The notes under the pieces were generated by a model that was not told the origin of the DNA, did no database searches, and saw nothing but the letters and a program-made list of their open reading frames with translations. From a virus, in IMG/VR virus record IMGVR_UViG_3300025872_000037, positions 32,001 through 96,000 of that record: a stretch of DNA of 64,000 nucleotides. One strand, given 5' to 3'. The translations under genes were made by a program, and so were the position numbers. Below are positions 28,027 through 37,870 of this stretch, piece by piece (the stretch's first letter is position 1; each line of letters begins with the position of its first letter).

Positions 28027-29001
28027 ATGATCTTCGAGGAACAGATCTCTCGTAAACCTGACCATTATCCATGGACTGAAGAGTTCATCACAGCCATGCA
28101 CAACGGCTTCTGGACCGACAAGGAGTTTAATTTCCAGAGTGATGTGCAGGACTTCAAGACGGAACTCACCCCTCAGGAACGAGAGATGATCTCCCGATGC
28201 CTCTCGGCGATCGGCCAGATCGAGGTCGCGGTCAAGACATTCTGGGCAAAGCTCGGAGAGAACCTTCCTCACCCTTCCATCACAGACCTGGGCTACGTGA
28301 TGGCCAACGTCGAGGTGATCCACAACAATGCCTACGAGCGTCTTCTCCGAGTGCTGGAGATGGAGCACATCTTCGAGGAGAACCTAAAGCTAGACATCAT
28401 TCAGGGCCGTGTCCAGTACCTCCGCAAGTACCTCAAGAAGCACTACAAGGATGCCCGCAAGCAGTACGTCTATTCCTTGATCCTTTTCACCCTGTACGTG
28501 GAGAACGTGTCCCTGTTCAGCCAGTTCTACACCATCAATTGGTTCAACCGTTATCGGAACGTCCTGAAGGATACGGCACAGCAGGTCGCCTATACCTCCA
28601 AGGAAGAGCTGATCCATGCCTTAGTTGGCATCAAGCTCGTCAACACCATCCGCCAGGAACATCCTGAGCTGTTTGACGAGGAGCTCATCGAACGCATCCG
28701 CCATGAGTGCGAGGAGGCCTATAAGGCAGAGGCTCGCATCATTGACTGGTCGGTGAATGGCTATAAGGGAGACGGTCTCAACTCTGATATCCTGAAGGAA
28801 TTCATCAAGAACCGCCTGAATGATTCTTTGGTCCAGATCGGCATCAAGCCGGTCTTTGAGAACCTAGACCAGAAACTCCTGGAGCAGACGACATGGTTCG
28901 ATGAGGACGTGCTGGGCAATACCGCCACAGATTTCTTCTTCAAGCGGCCGGTGGAATACTCGAAGAAGTCCCAATCGTTCTCATCATCTGATCTTTTCTA
29001 A
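28027..29001 (+). CDS. nrdB: ribonucleotide reductase class I beta subunit
   Basis: FWTDKEF, EVIHNNAY, ENVSLFSQF, EELIH, DFFFKRPVEY. Confidence 0.96.
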   Translation: MIFEEQISRKPDHYPWTEEFITAMHNGFWTDKEFNFQSDVQDFKTELTPQEREMISRCLSAIGQIEVAVKTFWAKLGENLPHPSITDLGYVMANVEVIHNNAYERLLRVLEMEHIFEENLKLDIIQGRVQYLRKYLKKHYKDARKQYVYSLILFTLYVENVSLFSQFYTINWFNRYRNVLKDTAQQVAYTSKEELIHALVGIKLVNTIRQEHPELFDEELIERIRHECEEAYKAEARIIDWSVNGYKGDGLNSDILKEFIKNRLNDSLVQIGIKPVFENLDQKLLEQTTWFDEDVLGNTATDFFFKRPVEYSKKSQSFSSSDLF

Positions 29002-29004
29002 ATC

Positions 29005-30654
29005 ATGAATCAACGTTACTATTGGCTCAACGAGGACTCGCGCCTCTTCCTGGAACGCGGTTACCTGGCCCAAGGTCAGACGCCTGAACAGCGAGTTCGC
29101 CAGATCGCAGAGGCCGCCGAGACGATCCTGAGAATCGATGGCTTTGCGAACAAGTTCGAGGACTACATGTCCCGTGGGTGGTACTCCCTGTCATCACCCA
29201 TCTGGGCAAACTTTGGAATCCAGCGTGGATTGCCAATCTCATGCTTCGGATCATACATCTGTGACAAGCTCGAGTGCATCCTTGAGAAGACCGCAGAGGT
29301 CGGAATGATGACGAAGATGGGTGGCGGCACATCTGCCTATTTTGGCGGCCTCCGTGCCCGTGGGTCAGATATCTCGACCGGAGGAAAGTCCTCTGGACCG
29401 GTCCACTTCATGGAGATGTTCGAGACCACGACCAACGTGGTGTCCCAGTCAAACGTGCGTCGTGGATCCTTTGCGGCCTATCTGCCAGTCGAGCACCCTG
29501 ATGTTCTCGAGTTCCTGCAGATTCGCAGTGAAGGCCATGCTATTCAGAACCTATCGATCGGCATCACGGTGACAGATGAATGGATGCGGTCAATGGTTGC
29601 CGGGGATGAAAGCAAGCGCAAGATCTGGGGCAAGATCATACAGAAACGATTTGAGTCTGGCTATCCATACATCCTCTTCACGGATGCGGTCAACGGAAAT
29701 GCTCCTCAGGTCTACAAGGACAAGGGCAAAAAGATCGTGGCCAGCAACCTTTGCTCTGAGATTGCACTCTCCTCGACCGAGGACGAATCGTTCGTCTGCA
29801 ATCTGTCCTCGATGAATCTCCTGCACTACGATGAGTGGAAGGATACTGATGCTCCAGAGGTCATGACCTATTTCCTCGATGCCGTGATGACCGAGTTTAT
29901 CCGCAAGGTCTCAGGAATGCCTTTTATGCAGGCACCATACCGTTTTGCAGTGAACCAGCGTGCTCTCGGAATCGGCGTGTTGGGCTGGCATTCTTACCTG
30001 CAGTCCAAGATGATTCCTTTCGAGTCGTTCGAGGCAAAGCTTCTCAACGTTCAGATCCACAAGCTCCTGCGCGACAAGACTCAGTCCGCCAGTCGAAAGA
30101 TGGCCACCGAGTACGGTGAACCGGAACTCCTCAGGGGATACGGTCTACGTAACGTCACGACGCTGGCGATTGCTCCTACCACATCCTCGAGCTTCATCCT
30201 GGGCCAGGTTTCTCCATCGATCGAGCCGCTCAATTCCAACTACTTCGTGAAGGATCTCTCCAAGGGTAAGTTCACCTACAAGAATCCTTACCTCGAGACG
30301 GTTCTGGAAAAGCACGGCAAGAACGACCGAAACACCTGGCAGACTATCCTCGTCAGAGGTGGATCCGTTCAACACCTCGACTTCCTCTCGGAAAACGAGA
30401 AGGACGTCTTCAAGACCTTCGGTGAGATCTCACAGAAAGAGATCGTCATTCAGGCCGCGGCTCGTCAGAAGTACATCGATCAGAGCCAGAGCCTGAACCT
30501 GATGATTCATCCGAAGACTTCCCCGAAAGACGTCAATCAACTTCTCATTTTTGCCTGGGAGCAGGGCGTCAAGAGCCTTTACTACCAGCGCGGAACCAAT
30601 CCTGCCCAGGAACTTGGGCGTAACCTGTTGCACTGTGCATCCTGCGAAGCATGA
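29005..30654 (+). CDS. nrdA: ribonucleotide reductase class I alpha subunit (no ATP cone)
   Basis: PISC, SNLCSE, VCNL, APTTSSS, KSLYY, C-terminal CASC. Confidence 0.96.
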   Translation: MNQRYYWLNEDSRLFLERGYLAQGQTPEQRVRQIAEAAETILRIDGFANKFEDYMSRGWYSLSSPIWANFGIQRGLPISCFGSYICDKLECILEKTAEVGMMTKMGGGTSAYFGGLRARGSDISTGGKSSGPVHFMEMFETTTNVVSQSNVRRGSFAAYLPVEHPDVLEFLQIRSEGHAIQNLSIGITVTDEWMRSMVAGDESKRKIWGKIIQKRFESGYPYILFTDAVNGNAPQVYKDKGKKIVASNLCSEIALSSTEDESFVCNLSSMNLLHYDEWKDTDAPEVMTYFLDAVMTEFIRKVSGMPFMQAPYRFAVNQRALGIGVLGWHSYLQSKMIPFESFEAKLLNVQIHKLLRDKTQSASRKMATEYGEPELLRGYGLRNVTTLAIAPTTSSSFILGQVSPSIEPLNSNYFVKDLSKGKFTYKNPYLETVLEKHGKNDRNTWQTILVRGGSVQHLDFLSENEKDVFKTFGEISQKEIVIQAAARQKYIDQSQSLNLMIHPKTSPKDVNQLLIFAWEQGVKSLYYQRGTNPAQELGRNLLHCASCEA

Positions 30655-30833
30655 AGATTGAAAAAGAATGCAATTGTTGCGGGGCTCTGTACTCCATACT
30701 CTTTACGGAGCTCCCGCAGGAACTTGATCCTGAATTTGAAGATCAGGAGATGGACGAGGAATCTGAGTTTTACCCAGAGTTCTGTCCTTTCTGTGGATCT
30801 CACGAATCTGACGAAGACGAGGACGAAGACTGA
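30651..30833 (+). CDS. small acidic zinc-finger protein
   Basis: CNCC...CPFCG. Confidence 0.7.
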   Translation: MKIEKECNCCGALYSILFTELPQELDPEFEDQEMDEESEFYPEFCPFCGSHESDEDEDED

Positions 30834-30844
30834 TACATAGTACC

Positions 30845-31261
30845 ATGTGGTACTATCGTGGTGAACTATTTGATCCAAAGCCAGAGGAACTTGATCCGAA
30901 GAAAACGATCGGATTCGTCTATCTCATCACGAACCTGGTGAATGGCCGGCTTTACGTCGGCAAGAAACTCTTTTTCTCCTCGAAGAGCAAGCAGGTCAAG
31001 GGAAAGAAAAAGAAGTTCAAGGCTGAGTCTGACTGGAGATCCTACTACGGATCGAACGCTGCGATTCAGGAGGACGTCAAGGATCTGGGTCCTGGTAGCT
31101 TCAAGAGGGAGATCCTTTACCTCTGCTCCTCGAAGTCTGAGTGTTCCTATTGGGAGGCCTACGAGCAGTTCACCCGTAAGGCCATCCTGGACCAGAAGTA
31201 CTACAACGACTGGCTGACCTGTAAGATCACCAGGAAGCACCTCAAAAATCTGCAATTTTGA
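30845..31261 (+). CDS. GIY-YIG endonuclease-like protein
   Basis: GFVYLITN...YVGKK, YYGS, YYN. Confidence 0.85.
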   Translation: MWYYRGELFDPKPEELDPKKTIGFVYLITNLVNGRLYVGKKLFFSSKSKQVKGKKKKFKAESDWRSYYGSNAAIQEDVKDLGPGSFKREILYLCSSKSECSYWEAYEQFTRKAILDQKYYNDWLTCKITRKHLKNLQF

Positions 31262-31301
31262 TGTTTACATCTGCCCTCTCCTGGGGTAGTATGTCTGGAC
31301 A

Positions 31302-32159
31302 ATGATCATCGTAGATTACTCTGGCGTGGCCATCGCTAACCTGTTTGCCATGCGTATCTCGGTCTCCGAGGGATTAGTTCGTCATTGCATCCTGAACTCC
31401 CTGAGACTTTACAATGCGAAGTACCGTCGGGAATACGGCCAGATGGTTCTGGCCTGTGACGGCGGTGGCACCTGGCGTCGCGAGATGTTCCCTCAGTACA
31501 AGGCTTCCCGCAAGGCCGCCCGTGAGTCGGGGGACATCGACTGGAAGGAATTCTTCCGGATCCTCGGCAATGTTCGAGACGAGATTCGCGAGAACCTCCC
31601 CTTCAAGGTCGTACACCTGCAGGGAGTCGAGGCCGATGACATCATCGCCACGCTCACCGATAGCACCCAGGAGTTTGGAAAGCATGAGCCGGTCATGATC
31701 ATTTCCTCCGATAAGGACTTCGTTCAGCTCCATCGGTACAAGAATGTTCGTCAGTACAGCCCGATGGCCAAGGAGTTCGTCAAGGAGAAGGATCCGGTTC
31801 GTTACCTGCAGGAGCACGTTCTGCGTGGCGATACTGGTGACGGTGTTCCGAATGTTCTTTCTCCGGATGATGTGTTTGTCTCCGGTGGCCGTCAGACACC
31901 TCTTCGTGCCAAACTCATGGATGAGTGGATCTCTAACTGGGATTCACTGCAGACCAAGATGACGGCTGAGCAATATCGCAATTTCCAGCGCAATCAAGCT
32001 CTGATCGATCTCACAAAAATTCCCTCCGCCAAGAAGACGGAGATCATAAATACTTTCGAATCTGTGAAACCGGCTTCGAACACATTGAATTACTTGGTTG
32101 AAAAACGTTGCTCCCAGCTCATCGAGTGTGCGGAGGAATTTAACACCGTCTCGCTATGA
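31302..32159 (+). CDS. rnh: T4-type RNase H / 5'-3' exonuclease
   Basis: YKASR, EADDII, SSDKDFVQL, GDTGDGVPN. Confidence 0.95.
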   Translation: MIIVDYSGVAIANLFAMRISVSEGLVRHCILNSLRLYNAKYRREYGQMVLACDGGGTWRREMFPQYKASRKAARESGDIDWKEFFRILGNVRDEIRENLPFKVVHLQGVEADDIIATLTDSTQEFGKHEPVMIISSDKDFVQLHRYKNVRQYSPMAKEFVKEKDPVRYLQEHVLRGDTGDGVPNVLSPDDVFVSGGRQTPLRAKLMDEWISNWDSLQTKMTAEQYRNFQRNQALIDLTKIPSAKKTEIINTFESVKPASNTLNYLVEKRCSQLIECAEEFNTVSL

Positions 32160-32599
32160 ATAAGTTTAAACCGACAGAGGTGTTCGAGATTTTCGATCTT
32201 GTGCAGAAAGCCGAGACGAAAGAAGAACGCGTTGCCATCCTGAAGGAGAACAACTGTCTCGCAATCCGAGATGTTCTCCGTGCAGCCTTTGACGACACAA
32301 TCGTCTTCACCGTTCCCCCTGGCGCACCTCCGTTCAAGGAGACGCTGTCCACGGAAGGAAGGTCTCCGACCACTCTGATGAGATCCACGAAGGATTTCAC
32401 GTACTTCGTGAAGCGTGGCAAAGGAGATGCTCTCAAGCAGACCAAGCGAGAGACTTTGTTTCTTCGTATGCTCGAGGGAATTCATCCGCGTGACGCAGCG
32501 ATTGTCATCGCGATGAAGGACAAGAAGCTGCAGGAACAATACCCTGCTATCAGCAAGGAACTCGTGAAGGCCGTCTGGCCTGACCTGATTTTATCTTGA
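32156..32599 (+). CDS. conserved myovirus protein (DUF6433-like)
   Basis: PPGAPP, KRETLF..MLEGIHP; lies downstream of rnh. Confidence 0.75.
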   Translation: MNKFKPTEVFEIFDLVQKAETKEERVAILKENNCLAIRDVLRAAFDDTIVFTVPPGAPPFKETLSTEGRSPTTLMRSTKDFTYFVKRGKGDALKQTKRETLFLRMLEGIHPRDAAIVIAMKDKKLQEQYPAISKELVKAVWPDLILS

Positions 32600-32653
32600 C
32601 GGCACAGTGTGCCCACTACATCATGGTTCACGCAAAACACAACAGCGAGATAC

Positions 32654-32836
32654 ATGATCACAAACCAACTGGAAAGACTCAAGCAAGATTCAGTGGAACT
32701 CGATTACTTCATTCAGCGCCTCCAGAAGGAGGGCAATGAGAAGCGAGTGAAGGCCATACAGAACAAACAGAAATACCTTGAGGAATACATCCAGACAATG
32801 CAACAAGTGAATACCATGGCGGAGGTCGCCGCCTGA
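32654..32836 (+). CDS. small coiled-coil protein
   Basis: MITNQLERLKQD... Confidence 0.6.
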   Translation: MITNQLERLKQDSVELDYFIQRLQKEGNEKRVKAIQNKQKYLEEYIQTMQQVNTMAEVAA

Positions 32837-32889
32837 TCTTTGTGATTTACAGACCTGCACCGGCAGGTTAGATTGATTGTCCTTTCGTT

Positions 32890-33462
32890 ATGAACATCTT
32901 TGTCTTAGATTCTTCACCCGTGCTTGCTGCACAACAGCAGTGTGACAAGCACGTGGTGAAGATGATCGTGGAATCAGCCCAGATGCTGAGTACCGCTCAC
33001 CGCCTGCTTGATGGTAAGATGCGATCCGTTGTCAGATCCAATATCGATACCGGCAAGACCCGTAAAGCCAAGATCTGGGAACTCACCGATAAAACTCTTG
33101 ACTCCACACTGTACGGTGCGGTGCACATGGGTCATCCTTGCACCATCTGGACCATGGAATCCATGGCCAATTACCTGTGGCACTATGAGCACTTCTGTGC
33201 GCTGTGTGACGAGTACACCTACCGTTACGGCAAGAAGCACGGCACCGACGAGAAGCTCCGTTTCGTGCTAGACCAGGCTCCCTCTAACATACCTGACATT
33301 CCTCAGACACCATTCCGCCTGGCGATGAAGTCAAATCCCGAGTGCATGAATGAGAACGATCCCGTGACTTCCTATCGTAAATTCTACCAGACAAAGCAGG
33401 GTCGCTTCAAGATGGTCTGGACGAAGCGTAACCGCCCTGACTGGTTCACAGTTTCTGCCTAA
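32890..33462 (+). CDS. pyrimidine-dimer DNA glycosylase / DenV-like protein
   Basis: MNIF.LD, CDKHVVKMIVESAQMLS, HPC..W. Confidence 0.8.
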   Translation: MNIFVLDSSPVLAAQQQCDKHVVKMIVESAQMLSTAHRLLDGKMRSVVRSNIDTGKTRKAKIWELTDKTLDSTLYGAVHMGHPCTIWTMESMANYLWHYEHFCALCDEYTYRYGKKHGTDEKLRFVLDQAPSNIPDIPQTPFRLAMKSNPECMNENDPVTSYRKFYQTKQGRFKMVWTKRNRPDWFTVSA

Positions 33463-33463
33463 T

Positions 33464-33715
33464 ATGCCTAACTATGATTTCACCTGCCAATCTTGTGGTC
33501 ACGAATTCGAACAGATCGTTCCATTCGAGGATCGAGATTCACCACTGAAGTGCCCGAGCTGTGGCAAGAAGAAGGTATCTCGTGGGGTCTCCGCAGTCAA
33601 GATGTCTTATTCCAGCCTCAAGTCTAACGTCAGCCGAGCTGGGAGCGGTTGGAATGACGTCCTTAGAAAGGTGAAGAAAGGTTCAGGCAGATCCAATACT
33701 ATCCGAACTCGCTAA
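33464..33715 (+). CDS. FmdB-family zinc-ribbon protein
   Basis: MPNYDFTCQSCGHEFE...CPSCG. Confidence 0.88.
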   Translation: MPNYDFTCQSCGHEFEQIVPFEDRDSPLKCPSCGKKKVSRGVSAVKMSYSSLKSNVSRAGSGWNDVLRKVKKGSGRSNTIRTR

Positions 33716-34458
33716 TGGCAAAATCAAAGAAACAGAAACAAGCTCAGCCACCAGTCTCTCTTCCGAAGTTTGACTCCCTCAAGGTCATCGAACCTTTGAC
33801 GAAGTCTCAGGAGAAAGTCTTCAAGGCATTCGAGAAGAACAATCACCTTTGCCTATCTGGTTGTGCCGGTACTGGAAAAACGTTTTTGGCCATGTACCTG
33901 GCGTTCCAGGAGATCATGAGTGGCAAGTCAAAGGCCGACAAGATCATCATCGTTCGTTCGATTGTTCCTACTCGTGACATTGGTTTCTTGCCGGGAGATC
34001 GTGCCGAGAAGGAGTCCACGTACTTGTATCCGTACATTGCGATCTGCGCCGAGCTATTCGGAGATCCGATGGCCTGGAACAAACTGGTCGCCAAGAAGCA
34101 GGTGGAGTTCCTGACCACATCCTTCGTGCGTGGTATCACTCTGAGGGATTCTATCGTCATCATCGATGAGATGCAGAACCTCACTTTCCATGAACTCGAT
34201 TCCATCATCACCCGTCTGGGTGACGGTTGCCGCCTCATCATGTGCGGTGATTACTACCAGACAGATCTGGAGAAGAAGAACGACAAGAGTGGAATCCTGG
34301 AGTTCATGGAGATCATCGAGCAGATGAAGTATTTTTATTGCATCGAATTCGGCTGGCAGGACATCGTCCGTTCAGGCCTGGTTCGAGATTACATCATGAC
34401 GAAGGAGATCGTGCAGAAACAGAAATCAAAGCAACCACAAGGAAATGAAAAGAGGTAA
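33715..34458 (+). CDS. phoH: PhoH-like ATPase
   Basis: GCAGTGKT, GFLPG, RGITL, IDEMQN, DIVRS. Confidence 0.95.
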   Translation: MAKSKKQKQAQPPVSLPKFDSLKVIEPLTKSQEKVFKAFEKNNHLCLSGCAGTGKTFLAMYLAFQEIMSGKSKADKIIIVRSIVPTRDIGFLPGDRAEKESTYLYPYIAICAELFGDPMAWNKLVAKKQVEFLTTSFVRGITLRDSIVIIDEMQNLTFHELDSIITRLGDGCRLIMCGDYYQTDLEKKNDKSGILEFMEIIEQMKYFYCIEFGWQDIVRSGLVRDYIMTKEIVQKQKSKQPQGNEKR

Positions 34459-34639
34459 AGCCCGGGATAAGTACGCAGAGATGGATGAGTTCGAGCGTAA
34501 GGCTCGCAAGAACAAGAAGAGCCGTCGTTCTGACGAATCTGATCAATATGAATCTTCACATGGCAGAATTAATCCACATGACTTCCTCGATGAGGAAGAA
34601 GAGTTCTACAGCGAACTCGAGAGGTTAGATCGTAACTGA
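34445..34639 (+). CDS. small charged protein
   Basis: Coupled ORF. Confidence 0.55.
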   Translation: MKRGKARDKYAEMDEFERKARKNKKSRRSDESDQYESSHGRINPHDFLDEEEEFYSELERLDRN

Positions 34640-35310
34640 TGCCATTCATACACCAGAGAGTTGACATCGGATACGCCGATCTCCCCTGCGAAACGGGGGA
34701 GAAGGGGCGTAACTATGTCACTCCCCAGGGAAAGAAGTACCCATCGATCACCACGGTCTTGTCGATCCTTTCAAGGCAAAAGATTCTGGAGTGGAGAAAA
34801 CGAGTGGGTGAAGAGGAGGCCAATGCCATATCCCGTGCTGCGGCCGGGCGTGGGACAAGCGTCCATACTCTGGTCGAGAAATATCTCAACAATGAGGTGA
34901 TGGACGAATCTGCTATGCCAAATGCCAAGGCGGCCTTTCGGTCTCTGCAACCGATCCTCGACGCTCATGTCGGCAAGATCTTCATACAGGAAGCACCTCT
35001 GTACTCAGATCACCTGCAGGTTGCCGGCAGATGTGACCTCGTCGCTGAGTTTGATGGCAAGATCTCCATCGTGGACATCAAGACCTCAAAGCGAGTCAAG
35101 GATGCCAGTGAGATCTCATCTTACTTCATGCAGGAGGCCGCCTATGCCATCATGTTCGAGGAACGAACCGGGATCCCAGTGACCAACCTCGTAACCGTCA
35201 TGTCGGTCGATTTCGCAGATCCGATCATCTTCAGAGAGAAGAGAGACAACTGGACAAAATCACTTAGAGAAACCATCGCAAAATATCAGTCAGAACAGAT
35301 ACATACTTGA
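34639..35310 (+). CDS. PD-(D/E)XK exonuclease
   Basis: YPSITTVL, RGTSVH, AGRCD, DIKTS, Q..AY. Confidence 0.9.
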   Translation: MPFIHQRVDIGYADLPCETGEKGRNYVTPQGKKYPSITTVLSILSRQKILEWRKRVGEEEANAISRAAAGRGTSVHTLVEKYLNNEVMDESAMPNAKAAFRSLQPILDAHVGKIFIQEAPLYSDHLQVAGRCDLVAEFDGKISIVDIKTSKRVKDASEISSYFMQEAAYAIMFEERTGIPVTNLVTVMSVDFADPIIFREKRDNWTKSLRETIAKYQSEQIHT

Positions 35311-35934
35311 ATGAACCACAAACCTTTGTTATCAAGCCCGATCGCCGAGATGCTGGGTGTCGACAAGAAGAATCAGGCCGCCTTTACCGATAAGGCACTC
35401 GCCCATCTTCACGAGTACTACATCACTGGCACCATCGAGGAGGCCAACAAGTACACCGAATGGTTCAACCAGATCCGGCACGCCCCGCCGACTGACATCA
35501 TCAAGCTTTACATCAACTCAGAGGGTGGTAGCCTCTGGACGGCGATTCAGTTCATGCGAGTCATCCGAGAGTGCAAGGCTCCGGTAGTTGCTTCGGTTGA
35601 AGGCGCTTGCATGAGTGCGGCCACGATCATCTTCCTGATGTCTGATACCTACGAGATCTCTCCACACTCGATGTTCATGTTCCACAACTATTCAGGTGGC
35701 ACCATCGGAAAGGGTGGCGAGATGATCGACCAGATCAAGCACGAGCGAGTCTGGTCCGAGAAGCTTCTCTTCGAGATCTACCAGAACTTTTTGACGGATG
35801 CCGAGATACGAGCGATCCTGGAGAACAAGGACATCTGGATGACCGCGGAGGAAGTTGTTTCACGATTGAACAAGAAGGCCAAGATTCTGGCCAAGAAGAA
35901 GATCAAGAGTACCAAGGGGTTGGATACCAACTAG
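35311..35934 (+). CDS. ClpP-like serine protease
   Basis: INSEGG, CMSAAT (Ser), MFH (His), DIWMTAEE. Confidence 0.9.
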   Translation: MNHKPLLSSPIAEMLGVDKKNQAAFTDKALAHLHEYYITGTIEEANKYTEWFNQIRHAPPTDIIKLYINSEGGSLWTAIQFMRVIRECKAPVVASVEGACMSAATIIFLMSDTYEISPHSMFMFHNYSGGTIGKGGEMIDQIKHERVWSEKLLFEIYQNFLTDAEIRAILENKDIWMTAEEVVSRLNKKAKILAKKKIKSTKGLDTN

Positions 35935-35950
35935 TTAGGTCACCGTTGGG

Positions 35951-36012
35951 TATCAACGGCTTAGGTAATTCTTAGTTGTTTACGTTTGCGCAGCATGTGC
36001 TAGTATGCTGCC
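35951..36012 (+). promoter_or_regulatory. Early promoter cassette, copy 4
   Basis: TATCAACGGCTTAGGTAATTCTTAGTTGTTTAC..TGCTAGTAT-6 nt-ATG. Confidence 0.7.
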
Positions 36013-36252
36013 ATGATGAATAACAACACGACTACTGTTCTTGATGCGGTCTTCGATCTCGAGCGCGATGCTCGCAAGGCCGCTGACCACTACGCTTTCC
36101 GGGTAGGTTACCTCGAGGCTCAGCTGAAGTACACGATTTCTTCCGGTGAGGCCAAAGGCATCAAGATCACCAATCTCGAGGCTTACGTCAAGTGGGCCAA
36201 TGAGCTGATCGCTCAATCCCTCAAGGATGCCAACCGGTTGGCTCCTCGTTGA
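36013..36252 (+). CDS. hypothetical early protein
   Basis: Follows promoter cassette. Confidence 0.7.
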   Translation: MMNNNTTTVLDAVFDLERDARKAADHYAFRVGYLEAQLKYTISSGEAKGIKITNLEAYVKWANELIAQSLKDANRLAPR

Positions 36253-36313
36253 ATCAACGGCTTAGGTAGTTCTTCGTTGTTTACTCTCTGAACGTTTTTG
36301 CTAGTATTTCCTC
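36252..36313 (+). promoter_or_regulatory. Early promoter cassette, copy 5
   Basis: AATCAACGGCTTAGGTAGTTCTT..TTTAC..TGCTAGTAT-6 nt-ATG. Confidence 0.7.
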
Positions 36314-36511
36314 ATGAAACAAGAATTCGTCTCTGTTCACCTCACCGAATCCGCTGGCGACATGGCTCGTCTGGATGACGTGTACCGTACCATCACGGCG
36401 GTCAACCGTCTCCTCGGTACCAACCTCTCGGTTCGTATCGAGTTCACCGACGGCATCAATGTTGTCTCCCCCGATTCGGCCAAGTATGCTGAGGCCCTTG
36501 TGACCAACTAA
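36314..36511 (+). CDS. hypothetical early protein
   Basis: Follows promoter cassette. Confidence 0.7.
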   Translation: MKQEFVSVHLTESAGDMARLDDVYRTITAVNRLLGTNLSVRIEFTDGINVVSPDSAKYAEALVTN

Positions 36512-36515
36512 TCCT

Positions 36516-36716
36516 ATGGAAAATACTCCCCACTTCAGTTCTCCGAGCCATATCGTGTCAGAAAAGTATCACGAGGGCATCAACCTCCTGATCGCCGATC
36601 TCCTTGAGACGGCCGACGAGTTTGGCATCGATCGCAAGAACATCCCGACCGACTTCGTCCAGAATTACCTGGACTCAGTTGCCGAGGACATCTTCGACAC
36701 CATCGACCACAGCTAA
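36516..36716 (+). CDS. hypothetical protein
   Basis: Coupled ORF. Confidence 0.6.
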   Translation: MENTPHFSSPSHIVSEKYHEGINLLIADLLETADEFGIDRKNIPTDFVQNYLDSVAEDIFDTIDHS

Positions 36717-36717
36717 C

Positions 36718-36945
36718 GTGTATACCCACAACGCCACCACCGCCCGACTCATTGCGGCAGGCATCTTGCCTGATCCCAACTTCGTTCCTCGCGAGACCAA
36801 GGTCAACCGGTTTGGCGTGATGATCTGGGACCACAAGACCGCCGGGCATTGTCAGGTCCTCTCCGGCGAGAGCTGGAAGCAGGCCCGCAAGTACAACGTC
36901 CCCCGCAAGGGTTTCAGCTCGGTCGTCAAGTCGATCACCGGTTAA
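36718..36945 (+). CDS. hypothetical protein
   Basis: GTG start right after the previous stop. Confidence 0.55.
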   Translation: MYTHNATTARLIAAGILPDPNFVPRETKVNRFGVMIWDHKTAGHCQVLSGESWKQARKYNVPRKGFSSVVKSITG

Positions 36946-36951
36946 TCCGTT

Positions 36952-37027
36952 GGTCGCGTAGCCCAACGGCAGAGGCAGGAGACTTAAAATCTCTTCAGTG
37001 TGGGTTCGAATCCCACCGCGACTACCA
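36952..37027 (+). tRNA. tRNA-Leu(TAA), short variable arm
   Basis: Cloverleaf, anticodon loop CTTAAAA, GTTCGAAT, encoded CCA. Confidence 0.9.
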
Positions 37028-37032
37028 TCACC

Positions 37033-37683
37033 ATGGTACCTGTAGATCCATCAGAGAAGACAACTCTCGTACTCAACCGAAACTACCAGTCAAGCGGTAG
37101 GTTCTTCACCGCGCGCGCCGCCATTCGTCACATGATGAATGGCCGAGTCAAGGGGCTTGATGCCGTGGGTAACTGCGCATCCTGGAACGGTGACGAGGTG
37201 ACAGAGGTCGAGGGCTACTCGAATAGCCTGAGCTGGGCGGATCTGACGGTTGAACTGTACCATGACCAGCCTTGCCTTCGGTCAGCACCTAACGTCGTGA
37301 CCGGAGAGGAGACTCAGTGGCCGGTGCCGACCATCGTGGTCTGTACCCATCATTTCGGTTATCATGCCAGGTTAGGCCAGAACGTGTCCCTGAAGACCAT
37401 CTATGGCCTTTACAAGGGAGTCTGCCAGTACTGTCTTCAGAAAGTTCCTTTCTCAGCATCCACCAAGGACCATGTCTATCCAAAGTCCATGGGTGGTACA
37501 AATGACCAGCAGAACATTGTGCTGGCATGCCGGTCCTGCAATTCGGCCAAGGACAACTCGTACCCTTACCTAAACGTCAATGGTGAAGAGGTCAGACCGA
37601 GGTCAGCCCACCATTTCCTCAGTATGATCCCTGATGGGATGCAGATGCGAGAGGAATGGAAACAATTTTTGTTCGTTCACTAA
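37033..37683 (+). CDS. HNH endonuclease
   Basis: LVLN..Y, CQYC, DHVYPKSMGG, N.V.AC..CN. Confidence 0.9.
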   Translation: MVPVDPSEKTTLVLNRNYQSSGRFFTARAAIRHMMNGRVKGLDAVGNCASWNGDEVTEVEGYSNSLSWADLTVELYHDQPCLRSAPNVVTGEETQWPVPTIVVCTHHFGYHARLGQNVSLKTIYGLYKGVCQYCLQKVPFSASTKDHVYPKSMGGTNDQQNIVLACRSCNSAKDNSYPYLNVNGEEVRPRSAHHFLSMIPDGMQMREEWKQFLFVH

Positions 37684-37720
37684 TCTTTTTTGTTTACAAC
37701 GGTCAGAAAACATGATTGAG

Positions 37721-37728
37721 TATAAATA
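37721..37728 (+). promoter_or_regulatory. late promoter (plus upstream TTTACA..CATGAT sigma70-like promoter) for the RNA island
   Basis: TATAAATA at 37721; TTTACA at about 37693. Confidence 0.7.
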
Positions 37729-37736
37729 ATCAAATC

Positions 37737-37844
37737 TTGAAAAGCTTCAAACAAACCACAGACTCAAATACGTCAATCCGACCAACAATCGGATGGGCAC
37801 CTGTCTGTGGCCGCAATGAAGCCGCATTCGGGGGTTCGAAATAG
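37737..37844 (+). CDS. putative attenuator leader peptide (35 aa)
   Basis: TTG start; MKSFKQTTDSNTSIRPTIGWAPVCGRNEAAFGGSK*; stop lies inside the antiterminator arm. Confidence 0.5.
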   Translation: MKSFKQTTDSNTSIRPTIGWAPVCGRNEAAFGGSK

Positions 37845-37870
37845 AGATCACAATTTAGATCTCTTCTTCG

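Noticed and set aside
28027-30654. Introns or inteins in nrdA/nrdB
   Set aside because: Both ORFs are continuous and compact, with no insertion or splice motifs.
34639-35310. Cas4 / CRISPR adaptation gene
   Set aside because: It is a PD-(D/E)XK exonuclease without the Fe-S cysteine cluster, in the usual T4-like position next to phoH.
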